A stretch of DNA of 64,000 nt, taken from NCBI RefSeq assembly GCF_009914755.1, contig NC_060947.1. One strand, 5' to 3'. This DNA is from the human T2T-CHM13v2.0 reference genome, Homo sapiens. This document shows, in pieces, positions 63,038 through 64,000 of the stretch. Both the position numbers and the translations under genes were made by a program. The notes beneath the pieces are model-generated. The model saw only the letters and a list, made by a program, of their open reading frames with translations. It was not told the DNA's origin and did no database searches. Position 1 is the stretch's first letter; each line of letters opens with the position of its first letter.

Positions 63038-64000
63038 AGAATACACTCATCATTTCAAATTTATTTCTCCAGCCCTAAATTGTCAACTGAGCTGTAGTAT
63101 TATACAAGTAATTATTGATGTTTTACTAGTACAAATGAGATTATGTAGAATGTTATATAATATACAGGATGATGAGCCATTAGGTAAGATAAAAAATGAA
63201 AAATTCTATTTGATAACTGGTCATGGTTTTTTTTAATCATTACAGAGGAGATACCATATGGGAAATGTCATCCATATTGTGGGAGTTAGCACACATTTAG
63301 GGAACTGAAGTTCCTATATTTGTAGGTGTAGCCAATATCCTTTGAATGATGGGAAACATTATACTGTCTGTAAGTTTTCTTTTAGAATGTCCAATGCATT
63401 TACTAATTTCAATAAAACAATTTTATAAACCAAAATTAGTCACTTAAAAGTACATGTTGTGTCTTCAGCTGCCATTGATCCATGCTCATAGGGCAGAGGG
63501 ACATTTTAGAACTATTTTTACATACACTAATCCAATGTGATATATGTTACTTAAGACTACTTAGAGATTAACACTAAGATTTGAATGAAACATGTCATCC
63601 TAATTTACATGTATAGCAGGTGAAAATTATATGTCATATTTTTGAATACAACTGTTAACACAGGTAGGTATGGGTTTTCACCTCAAAATTAGAATTAAAA
63701 CCAGCTTTAACTTTATTTGCATGAACCACTTAAGTAAAATTATCCTGATTCCTTAACATTCAATTTATTTCTATTCATTCATAAAATAATTGAATTATCA
63801 TTCTCGAGCAGTGTATATATACATTAAGTGAAACAAGAACTAAAATATCTTTAAACAGAAAAGTGAGCAATTTAGTCACTCCCATGGGATAGCAGAGGGA
63901 ATAGTGAAGAGATAACTATTGAGAAAGAAAATAATTTATTTTAGAGTATACAGGTAAAGTCACTACCAATATACACTTAAAGCACTGAGCATTATAAACT

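Overview
AT-rich human genomic DNA (it carries an L1HS pre-Ta diagnostic), most of it interspersed repeats. I see no host protein-coding gene, RNA gene or CRISPR array, and no evidence of a new multi-gene system. The main element is a full-length L1HS pre-Ta (47729-53768, minus). Its ORF1, ORF0 and YY1 site are intact, and ORF2 is broken by a single nonsense change (W849*). It has no TSD next to its own poly(A), but a 7-bp match about 870 bp further out suggests a 3' transduction. Other elements are a degenerate full-length L1PA6-like copy nested in a twin-primed L1PB, a full-length HSMAR2 mariner, a Ricksha MULE element with a transposase remnant, eight Alus, several solo LTRs, older L1/L2/L3 fragments and microsatellites. 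Subfamily names come from recalled consensus sequences and need RepeatMasker/Dfam confirmation.
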